A stretch of DNA of 64,000 nt from Bdellovibrionota bacterium (GCA_965207455.1 CBDBMJ010000001.1:1792001-1856000), one strand, 5' to 3'; shown: positions 31,649-42,012, numbered from the stretch's first letter. Made by a program: numbers and translations. The notes: generated by a model not told the origin, from the sequence alone.

Positions 31649-32436
31649 TCGACCCCCAAACCATCATCCAAATCGCCTTCATCACCTTTGGTTTCATCAT
31701 CGGCAGCTTCCTCAACGTCTGCATCTCCCGCATGCCCAAAGAAAAAAGCGTGGTCTTCCCCCCCAGCGCCTGCATGACTTGCCAAAAAAACATCCCTTGG
31801 TACTGCAACATCCCCATTCTCAGCTACCTCTTCCTCCGCGGCCGCTGCCTCTACTGCAAATCCCGCATCCCCTTCCGCTACCTGCTAGTCGAATGCATCA
31901 CCCCCGCCCTATTCCTCCTCTGCCTGCCCTACCCCTATATCCTCTGGCCCTTTTACGTTTACTTTCTCTCCTCCCTCGTCATTGCCACCTTTATCGACCT
32001 CGAACACTGGATCATCCCCGACAAGATCACCCTCCCAGGTATCCCCATAGGAATCCTAAGCTCCCTCGTCCACCCCTACCCTTTTATTTTGGATTCTGTG
32101 CTTGGCATGATATTTGGTGGCGGATCTCTCCTAGTCATTGGCATGATCTACGAGAAGATGAAAAAAACAGAGGGCATTGGTGGTGGCGACATAAAATTTC
32201 TTGCCATGGGCGGCGCCTTCCTCGGCTTCAAAGGCATCATCCTCACGCTTCTTATTGCTTCCATCACTGGCATGATTATTGGGCTCATCACCATGGTCAA
32301 AACAGGAAAAGGTGCCAAGACTGCCATCCCCTTCGGTCCCTTCCTCTCCGCTGGAATGCTCATCACCTTTATCTGGGGCACCCAAATCTGGGACTGGTAC
32401 CTTGCCCTCACCAACCCTCAATCCCTCTTCCAATAA
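31645..32436 (+). CDS. pilD: Prepilin peptidase, copy 2
   Basis: 263 aa, two substitutions (I->V, G->A) versus copy 1. Confidence 0.95.
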   Translation: MIDPQTIIQIAFITFGFIIGSFLNVCISRMPKEKSVVFPPSACMTCQKNIPWYCNIPILSYLFLRGRCLYCKSRIPFRYLLVECITPALFLLCLPYPYILWPFYVYFLSSLVIATFIDLEHWIIPDKITLPGIPIGILSSLVHPYPFILDSVLGMIFGGGSLLVIGMIYEKMKKTEGIGGGDIKFLAMGGAFLGFKGIILTLLIASITGMIIGLITMVKTGKGAKTAIPFGPFLSAGMLITFIWGTQIWDWYLALTNPQSLFQ

Positions 32437-32450
32437 CACTCAAAACACCC

Positions 32451-32484
32451 TTGTCCGATTTTCAAACATCGCACTAACAAACAC
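32451..32484 (+). repeat. R motif copy 2
   Basis: TTGTCCGATTTTCAAACATCGCACTAACAAACAC, 14 bp after the pilD stop. Confidence 0.8.
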
Positions 32485-32648
32485 CCCTCCCAAAGCAAAC
32501 CTCACAATATTCACACAGCTCAACACAGCAGGTACCAATATTGCTAGCAGCACGTCTCCTTATATTTTGATATAATTTCATTATGCCGTGGTCATCCGTA
32601 AAACAATTTGCTATAAACGTTTTAGTGTATAAATTTACAGGATAAACA

Positions 32649-33431
32649 ATGCAAAGCAAACTGGTAAAAAAATGTAAAAACTCAAACCTAATTGAGGCAT
32701 CGCTGACTCTTCTTGGAGAACCCAAAAAATACCAAAAAGATTCCCACCTTGGATTCAGGGAACATATTAAAAAATACCTGAGAGAGGAAAATAACTTATC
32801 CAACTTAAAATCAGAACGCATCAATAGTGCTCGCCTAACCAGAGAAGACGAAAACGGAATGGTCCTACCCTATTTAGACAGGCAGTTTACTATAAAAGAG
32901 AAAAACAAAACTTACCGAACAGGCCACCAAATCGCAGGATTCCATACAACTCACGAAGGCGATAATAACCGATACACAACTTATGACAGTGAAATCGCCC
33001 CGTATATAGAAAGTTTTATAGAAAAAATAAACGAATTCAACAACCGATTTAATGTTATAGAAATGGTTTTCTGCTATGTAAATAATTTTCTATTCCCTCG
33101 GAATGGCTTTATGCTGGACAAATATTTTGACCTTGCCATTAGAACAGGGATCGGCTCACAACATGGAGTCCAAGAGACCTTGTTCTCTTTTTTATATCCT
33201 CTGGATGGAAACACCGTGAAAATATCACTCCGCGGATACCCCCATGATAAGGATCAAATTCGTATCGTAGTTGAAACAACTGGTATAAAAAAGATTGAAC
33301 CCACATCCATTTCCGATTACAGGAAAATAATGGAGGAATCTAAAATCCTAAAGGATATAACAAAAGCTCAATTTTTCAACCTTACCAGCGACGAAACAAA
33401 ACATAAAATACTAGGAGCAAAATATGAGTAA
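32649..33431 (+). CDS. TIGR04255-like protein
   Basis: NSNLIEA near N-terminus, YTTYD, FCYVNNF, QFFNLTS; ~260 aa. Confidence 0.6.
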   Translation: MQSKLVKKCKNSNLIEASLTLLGEPKKYQKDSHLGFREHIKKYLREENNLSNLKSERINSARLTREDENGMVLPYLDRQFTIKEKNKTYRTGHQIAGFHTTHEGDNNRYTTYDSEIAPYIESFIEKINEFNNRFNVIEMVFCYVNNFLFPRNGFMLDKYFDLAIRTGIGSQHGVQETLFSFLYPLDGNTVKISLRGYPHDKDQIRIVVETTGIKKIEPTSISDYRKIMEESKILKDITKAQFFNLTSDETKHKILGAKYE

Positions 33432-33921
33432 TCCCATCACAGCCGAACCAATGCTCCTTCCAAAAACAATTCATAGTGATGCGAAAGGCAACATTAAAGA
33501 CGACAGCTACTTCTATAGCGAAGCAGACCTCCCCACCCTTCTCTCTCAACCACTACAGGAGCAAAATTCTCTTTCTGAATCTCCCGAAGCAATTAAAAAA
33601 TCTGTACGGGATTTTTCTTTTGACACAGAAAAAAACAATCCTGTAACCATCACATCTTCCGTAGTTGGAAAATGGAATAATTACGAAGAACTCTCTGATT
33701 TATTGGCAGGGATTAATTATAATGAATTTTGCAAGCGAGCCACTACCAGTGAAATGTACTGGAAACCAATCATTGAAGAACGCCTGGAAGAACTGTATCC
33801 AGAAAATATGTCTGAAGAATTAAAGAAACTAAAAAGTATAAATAGAGCAACACGAGATATATTAGAGAAAATCAAAAAAGGAACCAAGAGAAATTTTTTT
33901 AGAAAAATTTTTCGCAAATAG
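33424..33921 (+). CDS. Hypothetical protein
   Basis: Overlaps upstream stop, AGGAG RBS. Confidence 0.7.
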   Translation: MSNPITAEPMLLPKTIHSDAKGNIKDDSYFYSEADLPTLLSQPLQEQNSLSESPEAIKKSVRDFSFDTEKNNPVTITSSVVGKWNNYEELSDLLAGINYNEFCKRATTSEMYWKPIIEERLEELYPENMSEELKKLKSINRATRDILEKIKKGTKRNFFRKIFRK

Positions 33922-33936
33922 AGACTACTGAAGTAA

Positions 33937-34623
33937 ATGGCAACGTTAAACTGTGGAGAAAATAAGTCTCCAGCATCTCATTACAGAAATCACATATCAG
34001 ATTTAAATATTCTTTTCTTCAAAAAATTTTGCGCATACTGCTGGACAGCCGATAAGGCAGAAACTATTGATCACTATAAGCCAAGGAAACATTTTCCCAA
34101 TCTTAAAACTGAATTCAGAAATTTACTTCTTGTCTGTGCCACGTGCAATTCAAAAAAAGGAGATTATCACCCCGAAGCAAAAAACAGAAAAATATATAAG
34201 GACGAAACGCATTACATATTCAATTGTCGCGAGCATGATATAGGAGAATTTATAAAAGTAAGCAACGATGGGAAGATCTCATCCAAGAAAAATTTACGGA
34301 AAGAACGAGAACAAGTTGCTTTTTTTATTCGGATATTTAATCTAGAAAAAACAGAAACGAAAAGTACAAGAAAGGAACACATAGAAATATTAGAAGCAAC
34401 AAAAGAAGCGATGCAGTTGTTAAAAAATAGAGCTCGCTGTGAGAATAAGGCAAGCCTTGAACGGATTTTAGATACAAATATTGGGCTTATTGCTACCAGA
34501 TTTTTATTCTTTCACCTTTTAAATTTAAAAATACCAAGCGAGTTAAAGGAAAGAATAGAAAAAAAGAGAAGAGAACTTCTATGCGCACAAAGACTAAACC
34601 CAATTATCTCAAAATTGATTTAG
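33937..34623 (+). CDS. HNH endonuclease
   Basis: CAYC..IDHYKP..NLLLVCATCNSKKG. Confidence 0.9.
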   Translation: MATLNCGENKSPASHYRNHISDLNILFFKKFCAYCWTADKAETIDHYKPRKHFPNLKTEFRNLLLVCATCNSKKGDYHPEAKNRKIYKDETHYIFNCREHDIGEFIKVSNDGKISSKKNLRKEREQVAFFIRIFNLEKTETKSTRKEHIEILEATKEAMQLLKNRARCENKASLERILDTNIGLIATRFLFFHLLNLKIPSELKERIEKKRRELLCAQRLNPIISKLI

Positions 34624-34731
34624 AAACTATTTGCAAGCTTATCGATGTTGTTGTAATATCAAAGAAGGCTGGATGAAATGCAAACATTATTTTAAACTAG
34701 GAATAAACCCTAATTACTTCGGAGGAACGCG

Positions 34732-34929
34732 ATGACTGAAACTAAAAAGACAGAAGAAAAGATACACAGACCATCCAAGGAGCATACCGTTGTAGATGAT
34801 TCTGAGATAACTTTTGAAAAAGACCCCTACAAATACGGACAGAAAATAGGAAGAATAGCAGTGAGGGAAGCCTATATAAAAACTTTGAGAAAATTTCGTG
34901 ATGCTAAAAAACTTCAAGCAAAGTCATAA
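34732..34929 (+). CDS. Small protein, paralog of 39627-39866
   Basis: GGAGG RBS; F.KDPYKYGQ versus FHDDPYEYGR. Confidence 0.7.
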   Translation: MTETKKTEEKIHRPSKEHTVVDDSEITFEKDPYKYGQKIGRIAVREAYIKTLRKFRDAKKLQAKS

Positions 34930-34968
34930 GATGCACTCTCACCAAACCTTAAACATGTGTAAATAATT

Positions 34969-35553
34969 ATGCTAAGATTCCCCTGGAAAAAAACCACCAT
35001 GTTCTCCAAAGATCATTCGTCGAAACACCTCGACGAGATCCAACTCCGCAACCGAAAAAACATCCTGAAAGTCGCAGCCATCCTCAGCCTCCTCCTACTC
35101 CTCTACCCCGTAATAAAAGAAAAAAGCTACCTCTTCTCCATCCAAAACCAAGCCCGCACCCTAACCAAAGAAATCCTAAACGCCAGACTCCAAGCCACCA
35201 AAACCCGCAACCCAACTTCCCTCACACTCCTCAACCCACAAACATGGCAATACAACGAATTCCCACAAAAACACGACTGCGACGGAACACCCAACCCCAA
35301 CACAAAAAAAAACCTCCCCTTCCCCGACTTCCAATGGCGCGCCCTCCTCCTCAAATCCAATAACCCCACCGGCATCGGCTCAGACATCCAACAACTCTGC
35401 TTCCACCCCATCCACGGCATCACCCTCAACAACCAAAATCTCTCCTCCCACCAACTCTTCCTACTCGTCTCACCACAAGAAAACACCAAACGACAAAACA
35501 TCCAACAAATCATCCTCTCCAACTCCGGCATCCAAATCCAACCCCTCCAATAA
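34969..35553 (+). CDS. FimT/GspH-like membrane-anchored protein
   Basis: Single TM, then ARTLTKEILNARLQA helix and a Cys pair; same C/A codon bias as the pil genes. Confidence 0.55.
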   Translation: MLRFPWKKTTMFSKDHSSKHLDEIQLRNRKNILKVAAILSLLLLLYPVIKEKSYLFSIQNQARTLTKEILNARLQATKTRNPTSLTLLNPQTWQYNEFPQKHDCDGTPNPNTKKNLPFPDFQWRALLLKSNNPTGIGSDIQQLCFHPIHGITLNNQNLSSHQLFLLVSPQENTKRQNIQQIILSNSGIQIQPLQ

Positions 35554-35630
35554 AATAAGTATTTCACTGGACCTAAAAACTGTTGGCAAATCTGCTAATA
35601 TTGCTGTAATATCAAAGAAAAAGGAACTTA

Positions 35631-36689
35631 ATGGAATTAGAAAAACATAAGCATCTCAAAAAAAATAATATGCCAATCTCATATTTTGAAAATTATGAGA
35701 TAAAAGAAATTAATATCAGCAACCTGAAATTCTTGCTAAAAAGAAGACCTCTAACATTCAAAATTCTTATACCCAAAAATAAAACCAGCCACAGAAAACG
35801 TACACTGCAAACAATATTTCAAGAAATAAATTATATGATTGAAGAAATCGCTGACAATACTATAATTGGTGTCCGTAAAGATATTTTTTTATTGGACTTT
35901 AACATAAAAAAATGCCTGCAGCAATATCAGATATACATGAACTATCAGTTATAATTGGAATTTCTGAGGAACTCGACTGCTCTCAAACAGCAGAAAAAAA
36001 GTTCAAAACCCTCCAAGCATACACGCAGCGCTATGGCTTAAATAAAATTAACATTTCAGAAAGCAACTTTCTAAAAAAAATATCGATTTTTAATAGAGGA
36101 GTGAATTTAGGTATTCAAATTAAAAGGAAACTGCGGCTTCAAGGGAAAGACCTAGAATGGTCCGGACTCACAAACCACAAGAAAGATAGCTCCGATATTT
36201 ATTGCAATGGCCACGGAATATCTCTTAAAGACACAAGTAAAATTATTTAACATAAGAAAAAAAATAGTCAAGGAAGTTTCTGATAAAGTCTTAGCTATCT
36301 TGAAAGAAGGACTGCTTCAAGATCCAGAACATTTCTCCCATAAAATGAAAATTATACTTCAATATGGAAATGTTAAAAAATTCTTTGGGTTCAGCAGTTC
36401 AGCAATGACTTATGTGGGATGTATAAATAAAGAAAATGATATTCATATATCTCCTTTGAACGTATCCTCTGAGAAATCTAAACTAACTCCCACAACTGTT
36501 GGGCTGCAAATAAATTTCTACACAACAATGGATATTTCTCTTCCTTTATCTCAAATAACTATAAAAATTCAAAATCAATTGCGCTACAAGCACCGTACTT
36601 TCAGCTGCGCCCCAGAGGCAAACTTTCATTTACTAAGTTACGGCGATTGGAAGAAAATTTATCCAACTCAGGAATGTCTTGAACGATAA
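35631..36689 (+). pseudogene. Probable restriction endonuclease split into three overlapping ORFs
   Basis: SDIYCNGHGISLK PD-(D/E)xK-like motif; ~43-nt overlaps; convergent with a C5 MTase. Confidence 0.5.
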
Positions 36690-37984
36690 AAAAGCTTAGG
36701 CCAAAGGAATTCTATTCTTTTTGCAATATGATATGCCAGCAGCGGAGGAACTGCATTTCCTATAAGCTTATATGCTTCTGATGTGCTCACTCCATTATCT
36801 CCTAAAAAGGAAAAATTATCTGGAAATGTTTGAATTCTTGCACACTCCCTAATAGTAAGCCTACGTTCTATTAAATTCATTTTAAGGTCATTCTTACACA
36901 AGCCACCATGTTCAGACAATAGCCGTCGGAATTCTATATTCCCATGGTGCTCTGCTCGAATAGTTGGGCCAATCGTGTCGAGATTAATCTCTCTATTGCC
37001 CTGACAGTGTTTCCCATACCATTTTGCCCTTGAGTATGCTTTTTGATTAATATCACTTGTCTGATCTGGCTCTTTCAAATCTTTAAATATTGTCCTAAGA
37101 GGTACAAAGGTTTTTAAATTTTGCAAATTAATTTTCCCCGTAGCATGTGTTTTTTTCGGCAGTGGTGAATAATTTTCAGGAATTATATCTTTAGATAGCT
37201 CCTTCATAGCTTGTGGTCGCAATGAATCTTTTCTAAACCCAATAAAGAAAACTCGCTCTCTTGACTGAGGCACACCATATTCTGCCGAGTTCAGCAATTT
37301 TCCATCAATAACAATATACCCACCATCTCCAATATTTTTAAAATCTTCTTGTATTATTTCTTTTACATCATGTAATGAAATCAATCCCTTAACATTCTCT
37401 GCAATAAAAATCTTGGGCTGGACAATATCAATCACCTCTCTCATCCAAGTGTAAAGCATCCCTCGATTATCTTCATTTACATGTTTTAAATCACTGCCTT
37501 TATGACTCTTATGAGATGAAAATCCCTTTCTTTTCCCTGCAAGGGAAAAATCTTGACAAGGAAAACCACCTGTAAGTACATCCACATTATTGGGAAATAG
37601 ATTTTTCTCTCCATCCCAATGCCTTTTCACCCTGTCAACAATACTTTCCAAATGAAAGGAGCCAACCTCATAATGCTGATTGAAGAAATTAGACCAGACC
37701 TTCCGAGCCCCTAGCCTGATATCATTGGCAAAAATTGTTTTAAATCTTGTTGGCTGAAGCCTAACTTGTGATTTTTTTGTTCTTTCCTGCACCCATTGAG
37801 CATGGATATTTTCATTTATACATGCTCGATGTACCTCAAATCCACCCTCAAACCCCAAGTCCATACCTCCACAACCACTGAAGAGACTTAAAACGTTTAA
37901 ATCTTTTTCATATTTTTTTTTATTATATTCCTGACCGGATTTTCTCATCCGCAAATCATCTGATATCTTTTGAGCTTTCATCAT
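36668..37984 (-). CDS. DNA (cytosine-5) methyltransferase
   Basis: LFSGCGG, GGFPCQDFS, ENVKG, QSRERV, RIQTFP, GNAVPP. Confidence 0.96.
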   Translation of the reverse strand: MMKAQKISDDLRMRKSGQEYNKKKYEKDLNVLSLFSGCGGMDLGFEGGFEVHRACINENIHAQWVQERTKKSQVRLQPTRFKTIFANDIRLGARKVWSNFFNQHYEVGSFHLESIVDRVKRHWDGEKNLFPNNVDVLTGGFPCQDFSLAGKRKGFSSHKSHKGSDLKHVNEDNRGMLYTWMREVIDIVQPKIFIAENVKGLISLHDVKEIIQEDFKNIGDGGYIVIDGKLLNSAEYGVPQSRERVFFIGFRKDSLRPQAMKELSKDIIPENYSPLPKKTHATGKINLQNLKTFVPLRTIFKDLKEPDQTSDINQKAYSRAKWYGKHCQGNREINLDTIGPTIRAEHHGNIEFRRLLSEHGGLCKNDLKMNLIERRLTIRECARIQTFPDNFSFLGDNGVSTSEAYKLIGNAVPPLLAYHIAKRIEFLWPKLFYRSRHS

Positions 37985-38278
37985 TATAACCTATCTCTAT
38001 TCCTCCACTATTACAATAATCGCTATCTTCATAACGTTCACTTAAACTAAATATCTCTCAACCAAGAAAATGCGATGCAAAACCTCCTCCTGAAAAAACC
38101 TAACCTCTCCAATAAATGCTCCTCCCATCGCCACGCATCTGATGCACAGATCTTTCCGACTCGATGCGCTGATCAACTCATTATTGATATAAAAAAGAAG
38201 CAGCCCAAGTTCCAAGAATTTTCAAAGGAATAGAAAGATTTCTTTATAGAGAAAATACTAGAAGAATATAATTCGTAG

Positions 38279-38313
38279 TATCTACTGTCTGATTATCAGA
38301 CATCACACCAACA
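38279..38313 (+). repeat. R motif copy 3
   Basis: TATCTACTGTCTGATTATCAGACATCACACCAACA; perfect GTCTGAT-T-ATCAGAC. Confidence 0.9.
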
Positions 38314-38412
38314 AAAACACTCCCCCCAGAGAACATCTTCCGCTATCTCCAACGGCTCAAAAATTGCTTCTATAAAGTTCCAGTCAACAAATTTCATAAG
38401 AGAGGATTTTAA

Positions 38413-39630
38413 ATGACCGCAGAAGTTTCCATAATGAATAGGTCAGCAGTAGCCCTAGCCGCCGACAGTGCCATTACCACTATAGACAATAAGGTACATA
38501 AAACGGGAAGCAAGCTGTTTGCAGTAAATCATGGAATGCCCATTGGAATTATGTTTTACGGAAGCACCACTTTACTCGGTATACCTCTAGAAACAGCTCT
38601 ATCCTCATTTAGAAAACATATAGATAAAAGAAAATTTAAAACAGTAAAAGAATGTGGAAAATCATTTATCAATTTTTTAAGTAGCAATGAAATCCTGTAT
38701 CCTACTGACGTACAGAAAAAATATTATTTAGATTATCTAAATCTTTCTATAAGAAAGCATCTAGATAATATGAATAAAGAAATTATCAGAAATATGTTTC
38801 AGGAGGAATTTAAAAAATGGAATAACGCACCCTATGTTGATGGAATGGTAGAGAACGATAAGGATAAATTACTCATAAAATATGAGATTGATTTTAGCCA
38901 TATTATCGATAAGGCTTTTAAAAATCACTCTCTGAATGGCATGCCCAAAACCGATTTATATAATTTATGCGCAAACTACGCCTGCAAAGCGATTCTCTCT
39001 GACGAATATAAAAGTGGCGTAGTGTTCTGTGGGTTTGGCGAGGAAGAAAACTACCCCAGTCTTTATGCCGTAGAGTTAGAATTAATTGTTCAAAATAAAC
39101 TGAAATTTATTGTTTCCCATCAATTCAAAACTACAGATTCCGACCCAGCTTCAATACATCCATTTGCACAGAGAGAAGCGATAATATCATTCCTCCGAGG
39201 AATTGATCCTAAGTTCTTAAATTGCATTCATGGGTATATGATAAATATTTTTGGGACGATCGATAGTTCAATAAAAAATGAGTTTCCTGATCAAATTGAC
39301 GTACAAAAAAAGCTGATGCTTTTGATTGAGCATTTAAAGCAAAAGTCTATTTCTAACATATTCAAAGAATTAGGCGCAGTAAGTGAGAAAGACTTTATCA
39401 ATCCCACGATAAACGCCACAGAAACTCTATCTAAAGATGACCTAGCTCATATGGCTGAAACATTAGTGAGCCTAGCTTCTTTCAGGCAAAAAATGTCGCC
39501 GAACTTAGAAACTATTTGCGAACCTATTGATGTTGCTGTAATATCAAAGAAAGATGGATTTATCTGGATTAAACGAAAACATTATTTCAAGCCAGAAATG
39601 AATCCCAGTTACTTCGGAGGAATACAATGA
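38413..39630 (+). CDS. Ntn-hydrolase / proteasome-beta-like hypothetical protein
   Basis: M-T start, ALAADSA, KLF, PIDVAVISK. Confidence 0.65.
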   Translation: MTAEVSIMNRSAVALAADSAITTIDNKVHKTGSKLFAVNHGMPIGIMFYGSTTLLGIPLETALSSFRKHIDKRKFKTVKECGKSFINFLSSNEILYPTDVQKKYYLDYLNLSIRKHLDNMNKEIIRNMFQEEFKKWNNAPYVDGMVENDKDKLLIKYEIDFSHIIDKAFKNHSLNGMPKTDLYNLCANYACKAILSDEYKSGVVFCGFGEEENYPSLYAVELELIVQNKLKFIVSHQFKTTDSDPASIHPFAQREAIISFLRGIDPKFLNCIHGYMINIFGTIDSSIKNEFPDQIDVQKKLMLLIEHLKQKSISNIFKELGAVSEKDFINPTINATETLSKDDLAHMAETLVSLASFRQKMSPNLETICEPIDVAVISKKDGFIWIKRKHYFKPEMNPSYFGGIQ

Positions 39631-39866
39631 CTAAAAATAAGAAAAAAAAAGAAAAGGTATACACATCATACGATCAGTATCTTAGGGAATTTTTAGGTAT
39701 CGATACTACTCCTAAGGTGAATTTCCACGATGACCCTTATGAGTACGGTAGGCAAATGGCAGACAGAACAATGAAAGAGGTTCTCAAAGCATTTAACGAA
39801 TCTAAAAAACGCCTAGAAAAGTCATCAAGCATACAAAAATCAAAGCCAATTACTTCGAAAAAATGA
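39627..39866 (+). CDS. Small basic protein
   Basis: ATGA overlap with upstream gene, GGAGG RBS. Confidence 0.7.
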   Translation: MTKNKKKKEKVYTSYDQYLREFLGIDTTPKVNFHDDPYEYGRQMADRTMKEVLKAFNESKKRLEKSSSIQKSKPITSKK

Positions 39867-39930
39867 AATAACTAAAAAGAAAAGGGGCGAAGGTATAATG
39901 CTAGAAACAAATACTTCTATTAAAACCAGG

Positions 39931-39965
39931 TATCTATCGTCCGATTATCAGACATCGCACCAACA
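39931..39965 (+). repeat. R motif copy 4
   Basis: TATCTATCGTCCGATTATCAGACATCGCACCAACA; homology to copy 1 continues ~150 bp. Confidence 0.9.
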
Positions 39966-40320
39966 AGCGCATACCTCAGAGTAGACCTTACAATTTCCCC
40001 AGTAGCAAAAAATAACCTCTATTCACACCTTCCGCAACATGCAGATGACCTCAAGATTTCCCTTGACTAGTCCATAAGTTTAGTTTAATTATAAAGCATA
40101 TTTAATCAGGTCATTAAGAGGAAAAGACAAAGGACGATAATGGAAAAAGGGAAGTACTATGGATCTCTCATAAAATGCCTTTTCTGTGTTTTTTCCTCAG
40201 TATTTGCCCTTGTAATTACAAGCATTGCATTCAAAAGTCTTATCGGTTTCGATAAACTGGCTCTTCTAAAAAAAATCTTTTTTTATTAATAATAACGCTC
40301 TAACAGTCAAGGATTCTCCC

Positions 40321-41280
40321 ATGAGTTTGGAAAAACTTATAGAATCCCAAAAAATTAGAAAGACTTCATGAGGTCATGGCAGATATGCCTTTTATTATCG
40401 ATCTAACTACTGAAAGCACATTTTCAAACAAGGAAATAGACCGAATGCTTTATGCGGACAGTGACGGTTACCGCGAATAGACCGATTTCTTAAAGAGAAT
40501 GCGTGAAAAGTTTAATATTATTCCAACAATAAACTACCATCCACAAAAAGAGAAGGAAGTAGAGAAGCAAATCAATAATTTAAATATAACCTTTCCTTAC
40601 CTAGCTATTCGAGTAGAAGTTTTTGAAGAAAAAACAATTGAATATATAAAAAATATCCTCTCTTTTTGTGGTAATTTTCTCTTTAAAATAATTTTAATCT
40701 TAGATGGAAAATTTATATCTGTAAATGATGAGAAAAAGAAAAACTCTTTTAAAACAGAAGTGCAGAAAATAGTTAAATCAACTCAAACAAATAACTATTT
40801 TCCTACTATAATATGTGCCTTCTCAAGCTTCCCAAAGTCCGTTATAGAGTATGGTGAAGATTCTGAAGGTGAATTTGAACTAATTGAACATAAAACTAAT
40901 CAGGAAATTATCTCATCCCTAAATAATAATAAAATTTACCATGGAGATTACGGCACTATCCATCCTGTTAGATATGATACCGGCGGTGGGGGATGGATTC
41001 CTAGAATTGATGTCCCACTGGATAATGAGTGCTTTTATTATCGCTATCGAAGAGATGACGGTTCTTACGCTCGTTGCGCCAAAAAAATCATGGACGATAG
41101 TAGATATAAAGCAATAGAAGATGTTAACGCCTGGGGAGACGAGGAAATTAAATATGCTGCCTGGGTGAACCTAGAGGCAGAAGCCCCTCTCACTGGATAT
41201 CTGTTAGAGCTAATTTACATATGACAAGACAATACTTTAAATTGAAAAAACTCAAGCAATCTCTATCTCTTTCTTTGTAA
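40321..41280 (+). pseudogene. Beta-protein family gene, disrupted
   Basis: PFIIDL, SSFP, HGDYGTIHP, WIPRID; in-frame TAG at ~40478; C-terminus SPSHWISVRANLHM in another frame. Confidence 0.7.
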
Positions 41281-41884
41281 GGATACTTATTTCTGAAAAA
41301 TGAGTCTTTGGACTTCTCTCTTCCAAAAATAATTCAAATCTATCCTGATACCTTCTTTTTAAGGCTTTTATTGCCCATTTATGCATATTTTTTTTAGTAG
41401 AACACTTTATAACTTCATTTCTTATTGAAATCATAGACTCCTTGCTATATTTCAATTTAGAGGGCATATCCTCTTTCCAAAGGAAATAACTCAAGTTACT
41501 CTTAGACGGAAGAGATTTCTTCTTGGGCTTTCGTTTTAAAATAACCTCTTGCTTATCGGTATCAACCCAAAAGTAACCAATGTTTTTAGGTTAGCTTCTA
41601 TGCTTTCCAATAAATTTTTTCGATAGTACTACATAAACTTCATTGAATGTATCCATATAATCAGCTAACTGATCACTTAAATTAACAAGAGAATCCAACT
41701 CACTTTTTATCTCATAGGCAACCAATGAATTTTCTTTGAGCTCCACAATATCGGCCCATCTTCTGCCTCCTAAAAAAGGAACTTCGGCACATATTATATT
41801 ATTAGAACCCCGACCTTCACGCAGGAGGTAATCAATGAGTGTCGCTTTAATTTTCTTTTCATTCCATGGTTGAATCATGACCAC
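41252..41884 (-). pseudogene. sce7726-family protein with premature stop
   Basis: ADIV..AYEIKSELDSL..QLADY..F; TAA at 41591-41593, same frame continues to 41252. Confidence 0.75.
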
Positions 41885-42012
41885 AAAAGAGTAACATAAG
41901 TAGAGTCAAAGGAAAAAAGAAAAGAAAAAAAGAAGCAAAAATAATAAATTACAGTGCTGCCACAATCAGAACTCTATCTCTCAGCTAGGATACTGTATGC
42001 TACAATAAAGGT

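Noticed and set aside
26976..32439. Diversity-generating retroelement TR/VR pair
   Set aside because: No reverse transcriptase; differences are mostly synonymous transitions, not adenine-specific randomisation
40140..40289. 49-aa hydrophobic ORF after the R4 leader
   Set aside because: Plausible, but no motif or paralog supports it
248..41884. Classical integron
   Set aside because: No intI and no RYYYAAC...GTTRRRY attC hairpins found after the cargo genes I inspected
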